DNA of 62,679 nt, counting the filler, from a bacterium (GTDB taxonomy: Bacteria; JALSQH01): NCBI GenBank assembly GCA_027004335.1. It is 12 parts of 12 records of this genome, joined end to end, with 100 filler letters (N's around TTAATTAATTAA, not from the genome) between each part and the next. Parts side by side here need not be neighbours in the genome. Positions count along the whole stretch, not along the records: positions 37,929 to 47,024 come from JALTID010000159.1; positions 47,125 to 50,174 come from JALTID010000160.1; 10 more parts are not named here. One strand, written 5' to 3'. The position numbers and the translations under genes are program-made. The notes beneath the pieces are model-generated. The model had not been told where the DNA came from. It saw only the letters and a list, made by a program, of their open reading frames with translations, and ran no database searches. The stretch's first letter is position 1. Each line of letters begins with the position of its first letter. Shown here in pieces: positions 39,781 to 50,274 of the stretch.

Positions 39781-40484
39781 TTTTCCAGAAATATTATTAG
39801 AAAGATTATAAAAATGGAAATGCTTGTTATCGTATAAGACTTCTTAAGTTTTCTTGTCCTCAGGGAGAAATAGTAAGAAATTAACAGGATCATGAGAAGA
39901 GATGTTATAAAGACTCTGTAAATCTCACCATGGAAGTTAAATTCCCCGGAGATGATTAATGCTGAGGGAATTGAAATAATTAAGACAAAAGTTAGATAGA
40001 AAAAGTTGATAAGAAAATGGGATACCAGAGAGTAGAGAAGACCTCTGTTTAAAATTGCTTCACCTTCTTTTATTTCATTCTCTACCCATCTTGCGATCCT
40101 GAGGTTGACCAATCTTTCAAGGAGATCTATTCTTTTCCCCACGATTCCATTGCCAATCCCCCAGAAGATTCCCCATGAAAGGGCTAATTCCCTGCAATTC
40201 CCTGCGGCTCTCAGGAGTAGAAAAAATATTGCTGCGGAGTAAAAAGCAATTGTCTCATGTGGTGGAACATAACTCCCAACGGGGATTTTTCCTATCCAGA
40301 GTGTTTCAAATATAATTCCAAGAATCATCATTTCTCCCATATGTCCGAAGAGAGCTCCTAAAATTATTGAGGAAGGGAAAGGTCGTAATATTGAAAATTG
40401 TAAAGCTGTATATCTTTCAACGCCACCTAAGGAACCAAGTAGGAGAAGTAGAGAATATTTTAAAAAAGCACCCAGCATAATCAA
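39768..40484 (-). CDS. Mannose-class PTS EIIC (divergent)
   Basis: Multi-TM; RP, G..FE.LW....PVG.YVPP; lies between EIIB and EIID. Confidence 0.8.
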   Translation of the reverse strand: MIMLGAFLKYSLLLLLGSLGGVERYTALQFSILRPFPSSIILGALFGHMGEMMILGIIFETLWIGKIPVGSYVPPHETIAFYSAAIFFLLLRAAGNCRELALSWGIFWGIGNGIVGKRIDLLERLVNLRIARWVENEIKEGEAILNRGLLYSLVSHFLINFFYLTFVLIISIPSALIISGEFNFHGEIYRVFITSLLMILLISYYFSLRTRKLKKSYTITSISIFIIFLIIFLEKWIG

Positions 40485-40987
40485 TTATAATAAATTTTTT
40501 CTGCTTTTTCATCCGGGAGATTCTGGATTTCTATATCTATCCCCTCTCTCGCAATCTCCTTCAACTGCTTAAGTTCTTCGTCGGTACAGCAAAAAAAACT
40601 GGAGAGTTTTACAATATTTCCTTCTGAAGGATGGTAATTGCCGAGATTTATTTTGCGAACCTTCATATCTCTTATGGCTGCTGAAAGATCCCCTACCCTG
40701 CTCAGTAAAAGAAGAATTCTTTTCCCCTTACATCTGGGGATGATTTTTAAAAGCTCTGATACGCTACTGTAACAAACCTCTATTTCTGGTGGCACAGAAA
40801 GAGAGAGGATTTTCTGTTGAAGAGTGTCAGAAGCTACTCTGTCATCGGCTACCACAATTGTATCAATATTTAAATGAGGGACCCACCCATGAACAACCTG
40901 GCCATGGATTAACCTGTCATCTACTCTTACATAAATTTCCTTCTCCACCTCCCCACCGGATGAAGAGGATTTCTTCCATAACCTCAT
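40481..40987 (-). CDS. Mannose-class PTS EIIB
   Basis: RVDDRLIHGQVV.GW, INLGN. Confidence 0.94.
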   Translation of the reverse strand: MRLWKKSSSSGGEVEKEIYVRVDDRLIHGQVVHGWVPHLNIDTIVVADDRVASDTLQQKILSLSVPPEIEVCYSSVSELLKIIPRCKGKRILLLLSRVGDLSAAIRDMKVRKINLGNYHPSEGNIVKLSSFFCCTDEELKQLKEIAREGIDIEIQNLPDEKAEKIYYN

Positions 40988-41394
40988 AGTAAAGCTCTTG
41001 AAGCAATTTTGATATTATCTTTACCATAAGCAGCAAGAGTGGTCACTATTTCATTCAAACTTGAGGCATTATTATCCCCGACAAGCTTTGCCGCTTTGAT
41101 AAGCATGGGCAGATTGAAACCTGCGATTACTTCAACTTTTTCTGTTCTTACAAATCCAAAAGAAATATTGGAGGGGGTGCCTCCGAACATATCAGTTAGT
41201 ATAAGGACATGTCTGTATTTTTTAAGAAATTTGTTAACCAATTTCTCAAATTCTTCCTGAATTATTGAAAGATTTTTGTCATAATCCACAGAGATATAGG
41301 ACACATAATCGTGCTCTCCTACAATTTTTTTTACTGTTTCTACAGCCTCTTTTCCAAAGTCTCCATGAGTTGCAACTATTATTCCAAACTTCAT
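40984..41394 (-). CDS. Mannose-class PTS EIIA
   Basis: VATHG, LTDMFGGTPSN, G.NLPMLIK. Confidence 0.94.
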   Translation of the reverse strand: MKFGIIVATHGDFGKEAVETVKKIVGEHDYVSYISVDYDKNLSIIQEEFEKLVNKFLKKYRHVLILTDMFGGTPSNISFGFVRTEKVEVIAGFNLPMLIKAAKLVGDNNASSLNEIVTTLAAYGKDNIKIASRALL

Positions 41395-42251
41395 ACTTCC
41401 TCCATGTCTCTATGCGTTACTTTTATATTATAACCTTCTTCCGAAAGAAGCTTAGATAAAACATCTACAACATAAACTGATCTATGGCGCCCTCCTGTAC
41501 AACCTACTGCAATTACAGGGTTCCAAAGGGGAGTTTTTAGAGTGGAGAGAAAAAATTTTATATAACCTAATGTTTCTTCAATGAAGGTATTTACCACTTC
41601 TTTTGATGAAAAAAAGTCTTTTACCTTGCTATCCAGCCCGGATAGATTTTTTAATTCTTCAATGAAAAAGGGATTGGGTAAAGATCTTACATTGAATACT
41701 AAATCAGCGTTTTCCGGAACACCTCGGGAGAAGCCAAAAGAGATTAAGATAACCGTAGATTTGTTTTTTTTGTGGCTGATGATGTCCATTATGTGTTGCC
41801 TGAGTTCATGGATATTGAATCTACTTGTATCAATAACTAAGTTGGATTTTTCTCTTAATGGAGAAAGGAATTTTCTCTCTCTTTTAATTGCTTCCCTTAT
41901 ATCTATAAGGCTTCCAAGAGGATGGGTCCTTCTTGCTTCTTTGAATCTTTTCAATAGTACATCAGATTTAGCTGAGAGAAATATGATTCTATGGTTGATT
42001 TTTCTTAATTCAACTTCTTTTAGGATTCGGTTAAGATCCGGTAAAAAAGGTTTTTCTCTTACATCAATCCCCAGAGCAATTTTTTCATATGGTAGGTCAC
42101 TTTTCTCCATAAGATCAAGAAAAACTGGTATGAGAGAAAGAGGAAGATTATCCACACTGTAGAAATTAATGTCTTCCAGAGCCTTTAATGCGGTGGTTTT
42201 TCCTGCACCTGAAAGCCCAGATACAATTATGATTTCCTGTATCTTGCTCAT
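41391..42251 (-). CDS. rapZ: RNase adapter RapZ (YvcJ family)
   Basis: SGLSGAGKT, VDNLP, DVR, SFGF..G.P, LPNPF, GCTGGRHRSV. Confidence 0.95.
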   Translation of the reverse strand: MSKIQEIIIVSGLSGAGKTTALKALEDINFYSVDNLPLSLIPVFLDLMEKSDLPYEKIALGIDVREKPFLPDLNRILKEVELRKINHRIIFLSAKSDVLLKRFKEARRTHPLGSLIDIREAIKRERKFLSPLREKSNLVIDTSRFNIHELRQHIMDIISHKKNKSTVILISFGFSRGVPENADLVFNVRSLPNPFFIEELKNLSGLDSKVKDFFSSKEVVNTFIEETLGYIKFFLSTLKTPLWNPVIAVGCTGGRHRSVYVVDVLSKLLSEEGYNIKVTHRDMEEV

Positions 42252-43201
42252 TCTATTTCTTCTTTTTTCTGCTGCTCTTTCAAAATCTTATCCAGTGTAT
42301 CTTTGAAGTCTTTTGCAGAGTCTATCCCCTTTATTTTCAGAAGATAATTTCTTGCTGCAACCTCTATGAGGACAGGAAGCTGCCTGCCCGGTGTTACTGG
42401 GAGCTTAACGAGAGGTAGTTTTATTCCCATTATTTCATAGAAATCCTCCTCAAGTCCGAGTCTATCGTATTCGGTATCATCTTCCCATTTTACCAGTTCT
42501 ATCACAAGTTCAATCCTTTTGGTATCTCTTATTGCACTTATTCCGAAAAGATCCTTTATGTTTACTATCCCGAGTCCCCTGATTTCTACAATGTGTTTTA
42601 ACATCTCTGTTGGTCTTCCTATGAGGACTCCCGGATATTTTTTTACAATTTCTACCATATCATCGGCAACGAAGCGGTGATTTCTCATTATTAATGAAAG
42701 TGCTAATTCACTTTTACCTATTCCACTTTTTCCAAGTATGAGGACCCCAACTCCAAAAACATCAATGAGGTTCCCGTGAATTGAAACTTTTTCTGCTAAG
42801 AGTTCATTCAGCAATTCTTCAATTTCTCTTATAAAAACGGAACTCTGCATGGTAGTCCTGAGAAGAGGTATTTTATTTCTGCATGCTTTTTTCAAAAGAA
42901 GAGAAGGGATTTCAAGACCCTTTGTTATGATCAGACAACTGATTGAGATCTCATCTAAAAAATTTACCGCTTTCCTCTTTTTATAGGCTGATAACTCTTT
43001 GAGGTAGGTTATTTCTGTGTCTCCGAAAATCTGTACCCGGGCAGGGTGTATATGGTAGGTGAAACCTGTTAGAGCCAGCCCCGGCTTCTGAATGCGGGGG
43101 TTTTTTATCCTGTTGTCAAGAGCGTCTTCACCACACAAGATTTCAAGGGGAATATTATTTTCATTTGCCCTTTCAATCAGTTCCTTAATGGTAATTTCCA
43201 T
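42248..43201 (-). CDS. hprK: HPr kinase/phosphorylase
   Basis: QKPGLAL.G, HG.L.DV.GVG, GKSGIGKSE, ADD.V, EIRGLGI, EVAARN. Confidence 0.97.
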   Translation of the reverse strand: MEITIKELIERANENNIPLEILCGEDALDNRIKNPRIQKPGLALTGFTYHIHPARVQIFGDTEITYLKELSAYKKRKAVNFLDEISISCLIITKGLEIPSLLLKKACRNKIPLLRTTMQSSVFIREIEELLNELLAEKVSIHGNLIDVFGVGVLILGKSGIGKSELALSLIMRNHRFVADDMVEIVKKYPGVLIGRPTEMLKHIVEIRGLGIVNIKDLFGISAIRDTKRIELVIELVKWEDDTEYDRLGLEEDFYEIMGIKLPLVKLPVTPGRQLPVLIEVAARNYLLKIKGIDSAKDFKDTLDKILKEQQKKEEIE

Positions 43202-43210
43202 TATAATATC

Positions 43211-43672
43211 TTACAGCTTTGAGTCTTCTTCCTCAATGATTTTGAAAATTTCTTTTGCATCTTTTGCATTAAGAATTTTTTCTCTAACATCCTGTTTTTT
43301 TAGTATCCTGCTTATCTTGGCGAGGGCCTGAAGATGAATTGTTGGTCTTGATTCCGGGGCAAGAAGGAGCAGAAAAATTTTTACAGGCTTACCATCAATA
43401 GAATCAAAATTTATGCCTTTTGTGGTTCTACCAAAAGCAAGATAGACATCTTCTCCTTTTTTAAGTTTCCCGTGTGGAATAGCTACTTCATTTCCTATGC
43501 CTGTACTCCCAAGTTTTTCCCTCTCTTTTAGAATCGTGATAATTTCTTCCCTGTTTAGTTCCGGGAACTTTTTGGTGAGAATATTTGTCAATTCTGTCAG
43601 GACTTCTTCTTTTGTTGTGCTCTTTAGCTCAGGCTCAATCAAATCCTCATCCAGATATTTGCTCAACTGCAT
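43211..43672 (-). CDS. ptsN: PTS EIIA(Ntr)
   Basis: REKLGSTGIG..VAIPHGK, FDSIDGKPV, HL..LA..SR; GAAGGAG RBS before ATG 43672. Confidence 0.92.
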   Translation of the reverse strand: MQLSKYLDEDLIEPELKSTTKEEVLTELTNILTKKFPELNREEIITILKEREKLGSTGIGNEVAIPHGKLKKGEDVYLAFGRTTKGINFDSIDGKPVKIFLLLLAPESRPTIHLQALAKISRILKKQDVREKILNAKDAKEIFKIIEEEDSKL

Positions 43673-43697
43673 GATTTTCTCCTTCTGTGATAAGGAT

Positions 43698-43726
43698 AAT
43701 TTAACAAATAGTTGGAATACTGTCAA
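43698..43726 (-). promoter_or_regulatory. Sigma-70 promoter of the ptsN-hprK-PTS operon
   Basis: TTGACA-17 bp-TAAATT with a TGn extension. Confidence 0.7.
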
Positions 43727-43811
43727 ATAGATAATTTCGTGGGATTATAAGAGGGATTTCGTTGCAGTTTTCTAATTTTAGATTAAAATTAATTCAAAAA
43801 ATGGGGGAAAA

Positions 43812-44525
43812 TTGGAGAGAGTGTTAGTATTTCAGCATGTTTCATTTGAGTCCCCGGGAAGAATTAAAGATTTCCTTGTTAAAAGAGGATCTGCTATAAC
43901 TACTGTAAAATTTTTTGAAAGTTTTTCTCTGCTGGATGTAGAGCTATTTGATCTCCTGATAATAATGGGTGGACCTATGGGAGTATATGAGGAGAACAGG
44001 TACTCATGGTTGAAGGATGAGAAGAAATTTATTGAAAAATTTATAGATTCAGGTAAAAAGGTCCTTGGAGTTTGTTTCGGTGCCCAGTTAATAGCAGAAG
44101 TACTGGGGGCAAAAATTTTTCGAATGAGTGGCAGAGAGATTGGGTGGTTCCCTGTGGAGCTAACTGCTGAGGGTATTTCTCATCCTTTTTTTAAAGAATT
44201 TCCTGGAAAATTTGAAGCATTTCACTGGCACGGAGATACTTTCTCCCTTCCATCTGGAGCTCTTCATTTTGCAAGAAGTGAGGGATGCGAGAATCAGGGA
44301 TTTATCTATGATAATAGAGTTGTTGCTTTTCAGTTTCATCTTGAGACTACCCCTGAGCTTGTTGAGGAGCTTATTAAATTTTCTGGAGATGACCTCAAAG
44401 GGGGAGGTAAATATGTGCAGGAACCAGATGAGATGCGACATGGGAATTTCAGAGAGTTGAATGAGCTTCTTTTCAGGTTTCTTGAGAATTATTTTGATTT
44501 TTTCTCTGCTTCAGAGAAGGGATAA
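43812..44525 (+). CDS. Class I glutamine amidotransferase (GMP synthase-like)
   Basis: QH...E.PG, MGGPM, GVCFGAQL, HWHGDTF.LP, QFHLE. Confidence 0.93.
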   Translation: MERVLVFQHVSFESPGRIKDFLVKRGSAITTVKFFESFSLLDVELFDLLIIMGGPMGVYEENRYSWLKDEKKFIEKFIDSGKKVLGVCFGAQLIAEVLGAKIFRMSGREIGWFPVELTAEGISHPFFKEFPGKFEAFHWHGDTFSLPSGALHFARSEGCENQGFIYDNRVVAFQFHLETTPELVEELIKFSGDDLKGGGKYVQEPDEMRHGNFRELNELLFRFLENYFDFFSASEKG

Positions 44526-45804
44526 ATTCCTCCCGGATTATCTTCAAAAGTTTCTCCTTCTCATTAAGAGAAGGGTTTTCCATGATCTTCTCCAGTAGGT
44601 ATTTCTTCGTGTCTCCTATTTCTTTTCCCTTCAGTCCTAAATTTATTAAATCATATCCGTTAATTGCAATGGAATTAACATCGGGGATAGTGGCCTTTTT
44701 TATTTCTTCGTCAATTCTACTTTTTAGTTCCTCCAGATCCTCAAATCCCTTCTTCATACCAGTTCCAATTCTGTCTGCTCTTCTGAGGAGGAAAAGATCA
44801 TCTATATTTTCTTCGCCCACTCTAAAAATAAATCTTCTTACTGCTCTATCGCTCCACCTCTGGTGGTATGAAAACATATGATTTGCCACAAGAGAGGTAA
44901 CTTTTTTCCTGATATTCTTATCTACTCCAAGCCTTTTTAACACTTCTTCAGCTATCGCAGTACCCAATTTCTCATGATTATAAAATGTGAAGTCTTTTTT
45001 ATCCTCGTTCCATTTTTTTGTCGCTGGTTTCCCGATATCATGAAAAAGGGCAGCATATCTGACAGGCAAATTGCTGGAGGGGGTATTATCCAGGACCTTT
45101 AATGTATGGATGAAAACATCATATTTATGGAATCTATTCTGTGTTACATCAATACAGCTTGCCAGTTCCGGCAAGATGTAGTGAAGAGCTTTTATCTCTG
45201 CAAGTTCTTTAAAAACCTTTGATGGTCGCGGAAGACTCAATATATTTTCTATTTCCTTTTTTAACCGCAGAGGATTAACTGAGTATAGCAGGTAAGCATT
45301 CCATCTCATTGCCATGTAAGTTTCTTCTTCAATATTAAAATGTAATTTTTGTTTGAGCCTAACACCCCTTATTATCCGCAGAGGATCCTCTCTGAATCTG
45401 GCATGAGGGTCCACTGTGGCTCTGATTAGCTTTGCCCTGAGGTCCTCCCTGCCGTTGTGAAGATCTATTAATTCTTCCCTGAATGGATCATATGCCATTG
45501 CATTGATGGTAAAATCTCTTTTTTCAAGGTTCTCTTCTAAATTAGTGGTAAGGTTTATTTCAAATTCTTTCCCTCTGTAGAGGATTACCACAGTTTCTTC
45601 ACTCTTCTGTGAAGGAATGTAAAATTTTTGAAACTTCTTTAAAAGAGCTTCTCTTTTTCCTGTGAAAATAAAGTCGTAGTCTGATACCCTCTTTCCCAGG
45701 AGAAGATCCCGGACTGATCCCCCCACTAAGTAACATTTACCATTTTCCGCCATCGTTTTGCATAACTCTAATATGTATCCGGGCAGGTGTAACATGAAAA
45801 CCAT
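44473..45804 (-). CDS. cca: CCA tRNA nucleotidyltransferase / poly(A) polymerase family with HD domain
   Basis: LVGG.VRDLLLG...DYD, RDFTINAMA, EDPLR..R..R, FHDIGKP, HE. Confidence 0.88.
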   Translation of the reverse strand: MVFMLHLPGYILELCKTMAENGKCYLVGGSVRDLLLGKRVSDYDFIFTGKREALLKKFQKFYIPSQKSEETVVILYRGKEFEINLTTNLEENLEKRDFTINAMAYDPFREELIDLHNGREDLRAKLIRATVDPHARFREDPLRIIRGVRLKQKLHFNIEEETYMAMRWNAYLLYSVNPLRLKKEIENILSLPRPSKVFKELAEIKALHYILPELASCIDVTQNRFHKYDVFIHTLKVLDNTPSSNLPVRYAALFHDIGKPATKKWNEDKKDFTFYNHEKLGTAIAEEVLKRLGVDKNIRKKVTSLVANHMFSYHQRWSDRAVRRFIFRVGEENIDDLFLLRRADRIGTGMKKGFEDLEELKSRIDEEIKKATIPDVNSIAINGYDLINLGLKGKEIGDTKKYLLEKIMENPSLNEKEKLLKIIREEFIPSLKQRKNQNNSQET

Positions 45805-46194
45805 TATATCCAGTTGGTAGTAATTTTCCAGAGGAGGAGTTAACCTCCATGGGGGTATGTATATGCTGACCCTTTGAATTTTTAATCATTATTTATGATG
45901 TCAGCTTTTAGGTATAGAAGTTAATGGAGTTGTGAAGATTTTCTGGATGAAATTTTTCAGGGGTTAAGTTGAAAAGATAGAGTGAAAGTTTTAACGAGGG
46001 GTTCTTGAGAGGAGGTTGTGGGGATTTTAAGTTCCTACAAAATCAAGATTTGGACGAAAAGAAATAAAGCAAAATACCCACATATTAAGTTACTGAAGAC
46101 TTAAGATCAGGGCAAGCAACCTGAAGGGTTGCGATGAGTCAGGGCGTATGGTGTTTCTACTATCTTATCACTTCTTGTTTTCATAGGAGATTGC

Positions 46195-47024
46195 CTATTC
46201 ATTTTCATCTTTTAAAACTGAGACAATTTCTTTCAAATTCTTGAAATTGTGTTTCTCAAATAGTTCTTGGTTTACTCTAAAAAATCCCCATCTTTCCCCA
46301 GTTAAATTAGAAGCATCATCACACCAGACTTTCACCCTGTTATCCTTATACTCAACATCTACATCCACTCTTCCTTTTGTTTCAATTATTATCTTTTCAC
46401 CCTTAGGAGTTTCTACAATGAAATCAGGATAATACAATCTTAAATTGTCTTTTGAATCCCTATACTCAATAAAAAAGCCAATCTTAGGAACAATCTTACT
46501 AAACGCTTTTACATCATTTGCTTTATCCAGGAACTTGGCGAAATCTACCTCAAACTTATTATCACACGGAACATAGTTGAATATGCATTTATCTGCTGGA
46601 TAGACCTGTTTTGACCATACAAATGGTGGAGCGTCAGAGAGTTTGATTGTATCTATGTGTTCTGGTTCTCTCTCAGAAAAGGTCATATTTCTAAATGTAT
46701 CAACAAATAATCTTACAAGTTTCTCTTGAACATCTGAACGGCTGAGCATATAAAGAACACGAGGATCATTTATATCCACCTCTCCATCAAAAAGTTTCTC
46801 CTGAACATATTTTTTTACCATAGGATAGAAACCTGGAAATGCACCACCAATTTTTAATTCTTTGAGTATAATGTCAGTGTAATAAGCAATAACGCTTTTT
46901 GCATCCCTGGGTACCGGTAAATCCCATTTTCTTTTTATCCTTTCAACACCTTCAAGCATATCAACAGCAACATACTCCATTTCCAAGACCTTATTTTCAA
47001 GGTGTATCCCAAGAGAGGGGAGAG
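46195..47024 (-). CDS. Probable type III restriction enzyme Res subunit, C-terminal nuclease part (5' end cut)
   Basis: E..FA..LD....V..F.K, YYPDFIV.....IIETKG (PD-D/ExK), WC. Confidence 0.75.
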
Positions 47025-47124
47025 NNNNNNNNNNNNNNNNNNNNNNNNNNNNNNNNNNNNNNNNNNNNTTAATTAATTAANNNNNNNNNNNNNNNNNNNN
47101 NNNNNNNNNNNNNNNNNNNNNNNN
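47025..47124. other. Artificial contig-joining spacer
   Basis: N44-TTAATTAATTAA-N44. Confidence 0.98.
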
Positions 47125-47516
47125 CTGTATGTTACTTCACAATGCTCATCAATGTATCTCTCCACCGATGATGGATCAATATTGTAGGACTCGTAATCAA
47201 TATCAACAAAAACTGGAATAGCGCCGGTTCGGGCAACAGCCCCTGCAGTGGCAAAAAAGGTGTAGGAAGGCAAAATCACCCCTTCGCCGGGCCCTATATC
47301 AAGGGCAAGGAGGGAGAGAAAAAGAGCATCTGAACCTGAACCCACTCCTATGGCAAATTTTGAATTTACATACTCCGCTATTTTCTTCTCAAATTCAGAA
47401 ACCTCTTCACCAAGGATAAAACGATTCGAATCCAAAACCTTCTCAATAGCCTCCATTAATTCTCTTTTTAATGGCTCATGCTGTCTTGAAAGATCAAGCA
47501 GAGGGACCTTCTTCAC
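47125..47516 (-). CDS. DegT/DnrJ/EryC1/StrS sugar aminotransferase (3' end cut)
   Basis: VPLLDL, FILG.EV..FE, SGSDAL, TFFATA, PVFVDID. Confidence 0.93.
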
Positions 47517-47573
47517 CGTACACTCCTTTCTGAATTCTATATATTATCAGAAAAATGTAATTTGTGAAACTGG

Positions 47574-47608
47574 AAAAGGATGAGGGCGGGCCTCCGGCCC
47601 GCCCTCAT
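47574..47608 (-). terminator. Intrinsic terminator after the acylase gene
   Basis: 13-bp stem ATGAGGGCGGGCC / GGCCCGCCCTCAT with a 3-nt loop, followed by CCTTTT on the minus strand. Confidence 0.75.
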
Positions 47609-47629
47609 ATATTCAAGAAAGCAACAATG

Positions 47630-49810
47630 TCACGGTTTCAATTTCTTATATCTCCCTGCAAACCAGTTTTTAAGATCATTAACATACCAGAGACTGAATC
47701 TCCTATCTGTAGTTCCACCGGGGAGATTTGTATAAGCGGAATCTCCACTCATGTCAGCAATAAAATGCCAGGAAGGACTGAAGGTTGTGACTCTACCACC
47801 GTTTTTAAAGATCTGCCCCTGCGCCACTGTGCTTCTATTACCTGGCAGTGATATTGGTCCATAATCAAAACCGAGAAATTCAGGCAATCTCCCACCAAAA
47901 AGTAGATGTCTGAGATATATCTTTCTGGTCTCACCATAGGGGATAGCCGGGGTCTTTTTCAATCCTTCAGGAACAGCCTCTTTCATAATCTCATTTCTGC
48001 TCTTACCTCTGTACCATACTGAATCCTTATCCAGAATTATTCTGTCAAAGTACCAGTAATAATCAGCAAAAAGTGCTGTTTCATTTAGCATATAATCCAC
48101 CACATCCTCTCCAAAACCATTCTCCCCAAGGATCTTCCTCAATATCTCAAGATAAATTCCCTCAAAAAGAGTGGGAGCATAGGATCGTTCATCATAGATA
48201 TAGTCCCAGGTTTTTAAAATTTCACCCTTCGGGGAATCAGGGATGAAGGGCCGGATAATCTCCATAATTCTTTCAGCCTGAATGGAGTAATAGTCGTAGT
48301 GGATCTTCTTCATATCCTCCACACTGAGTTTATCCTTCGCCTTTAAAAGATCTTTAATCCTATCAGCACGGTATGGTGCCATGGCAATATTTATAGGTTT
48401 TGCCTCTGATAGATAATTCAGATCCTGATTGGCAGTAACTACCATTCCCTCGGTAGGATTGTAGAGATGGGGAAACTCATCGGGATAGATATATCCCTGA
48501 TATTTAAACTTCTTAAGCCACGCAGGAGTGGGAATCAAACCACTTACTCCTTCTGGTCTTTTAAAAGTTTTTCCCGTCATCTGATATCCGATGTTTCCAT
48601 GAATATCTGCCAGTACGAAATTAAAAGTGTTTATATGCATCTTCCTGAAATTCTCCATGGCTTCCTGAACATTCTTTGAAAACATAACTCCTAAAAGGGC
48701 GTTTATCTCCCCTGCACCACTCTCATCCGCACAGGCAAAATGGTATGCAAGGTAATAACCTTCCTTTTCTGGATCACCCTCAAGCACCCCATTTTCATTT
48801 TCATAGAAAACAACTCTCAATTCTCCCTGTTTTTTTACTTTTATAATTTCCTCCCTGATATTAAATGGTAACCATCTATTTCCCCTCCTGTATTTACCAT
48901 TTTTGCAATGTTCAATATGGTAATCTATCATATCAGTGAAGGGAAATGTGGCTCCCCATGCAATATACTTTGTTCTTCCCAGGGCAATGCCGGGAGAACC
49001 TGGAATACTCACCCCAGTAGCGTAATTATCCGTTGTTTTTAAAATAGTCTCCTGCCATACTGAGGGGAGCCTATTTATCTCAAGGTGAGGATCATTACAG
49101 AGAATCGGTTTACCACTTTCAGTCAATTCCCCGGATACCACCCAGTTGTTACTGGCAGTAAATTTGGGGAATCCGAGTTTCCATCTGACACTTTCAGGTA
49201 TGATAGATTCAATTTTAACCTTTTTCAAAAGATCATAGTCAATCTCATCTATGAGGTAGGGGAAAAGATCCCTGATATACTCCTCTTTCACCCCTTTCTG
49301 GATCATCTGTAGAATAAATTTTTCCATATTTCCCTGATTATCCTCAAGCCCGATGAAACCGAAGATTTTTGCAATTAGAATTGTATCCTTTGGATCCCAG
49401 GGTTCAGGCTTATATTTTAAAAGCTTAAGTTCCCACACTGTACCATGTTTTTTTAAATAATCATTGATACCTCTGGCGTAACTCTCAAGAACCCTTTTAG
49501 TTAGAGGTTCAAGCTCTTCCACCGCTTTATCAAGGTCTCTTTTAAAATTCAGCTTTCTCATTAACTTATCAAATTCAATAAGTTCATCATCTGGAGCTAA
49601 AAATTCTGAAGCCCTGCCCTGTACAAGGATCCTGGTCAGTAGAAGCTGAAGCTGTCTGTCATTGGCATGTCCCCACCCCTGTCCATAAGCCACATCCTCC
49701 CATGACTCAGCACTGATCTCAAGGATACCATGTTTGTTTCTTTTGATCTTAACTTTTCTTCCAGAAGGAGTTTTAATTGTAGTTCGGGCTGAGGGGAATT
49801 TCAACTTCAT
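47630..49810 (-). CDS. Penicillin acylase family Ntn-hydrolase (no signal peptide)
   Basis: GW.HA.DR..Q, autoproteolysis site ASNNWVVSG, NDPHL, TANQ, R..RI. Confidence 0.93.
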   Translation of the reverse strand: MKLKFPSARTTIKTPSGRKVKIKRNKHGILEISAESWEDVAYGQGWGHANDRQLQLLLTRILVQGRASEFLAPDDELIEFDKLMRKLNFKRDLDKAVEELEPLTKRVLESYARGINDYLKKHGTVWELKLLKYKPEPWDPKDTILIAKIFGFIGLEDNQGNMEKFILQMIQKGVKEEYIRDLFPYLIDEIDYDLLKKVKIESIIPESVRWKLGFPKFTASNNWVVSGELTESGKPILCNDPHLEINRLPSVWQETILKTTDNYATGVSIPGSPGIALGRTKYIAWGATFPFTDMIDYHIEHCKNGKYRRGNRWLPFNIREEIIKVKKQGELRVVFYENENGVLEGDPEKEGYYLAYHFACADESGAGEINALLGVMFSKNVQEAMENFRKMHINTFNFVLADIHGNIGYQMTGKTFKRPEGVSGLIPTPAWLKKFKYQGYIYPDEFPHLYNPTEGMVVTANQDLNYLSEAKPINIAMAPYRADRIKDLLKAKDKLSVEDMKKIHYDYYSIQAERIMEIIRPFIPDSPKGEILKTWDYIYDERSYAPTLFEGIYLEILRKILGENGFGEDVVDYMLNETALFADYYWYFDRIILDKDSVWYRGKSRNEIMKEAVPEGLKKTPAIPYGETRKIYLRHLLFGGRLPEFLGFDYGPISLPGNRSTVAQGQIFKNGGRVTTFSPSWHFIADMSGDSAYTNLPGGTTDRRFSLWYVNDLKNWFAGRYKKLKP

Positions 49811-49819
49811 TTTTACCTC

Positions 49820-50174
49820 CTACCTTCCTATCTTACTTCTGCCTGTACGGAAAATATCATTTATCTCTATTCTCTTAAGGACCCTATTGTAAAATCTTAC
49901 ATCATCAATAATACCGCAGAAATCTCTATCCCCAGATTTTTCACTCCAGTCACCTATTACCAGTGGTTCAGAAGAAACCGGGATCTTACCTTTTCTCTCA
50001 AATCTTCCAGAAGGAACTGCATTAACATAGAGGGTGAGAACATTACCATCATAACTTCCCTCCAGCATATACCATCTATTTAGGACAAGGGGTTTATCTC
50101 CACTCACAGAATCCACGCCAAAAATTGTAAACTCAGGGTAACCTCTATCATCAATATCAAGGGAAAACATCCCA
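49820..50174 (-). CDS. LamG/concanavalin-like domain, C-terminal fragment
   Basis: W...G.YDG..L.LYVN, L.IG, F.G.IDDVRFYNR.L. Confidence 0.85.
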
Positions 50175-50274
50175 NNNNNNNNNNNNNNNNNNNNNNNNNN
50201 NNNNNNNNNNNNNNNNNNTTAATTAATTAANNNNNNNNNNNNNNNNNNNNNNNNNNNNNNNNNNNNNNNNNNNN
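50175..50274. other. Artificial contig-joining spacer
   Basis: N44-TTAATTAATTAA-N44. Confidence 0.98.
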
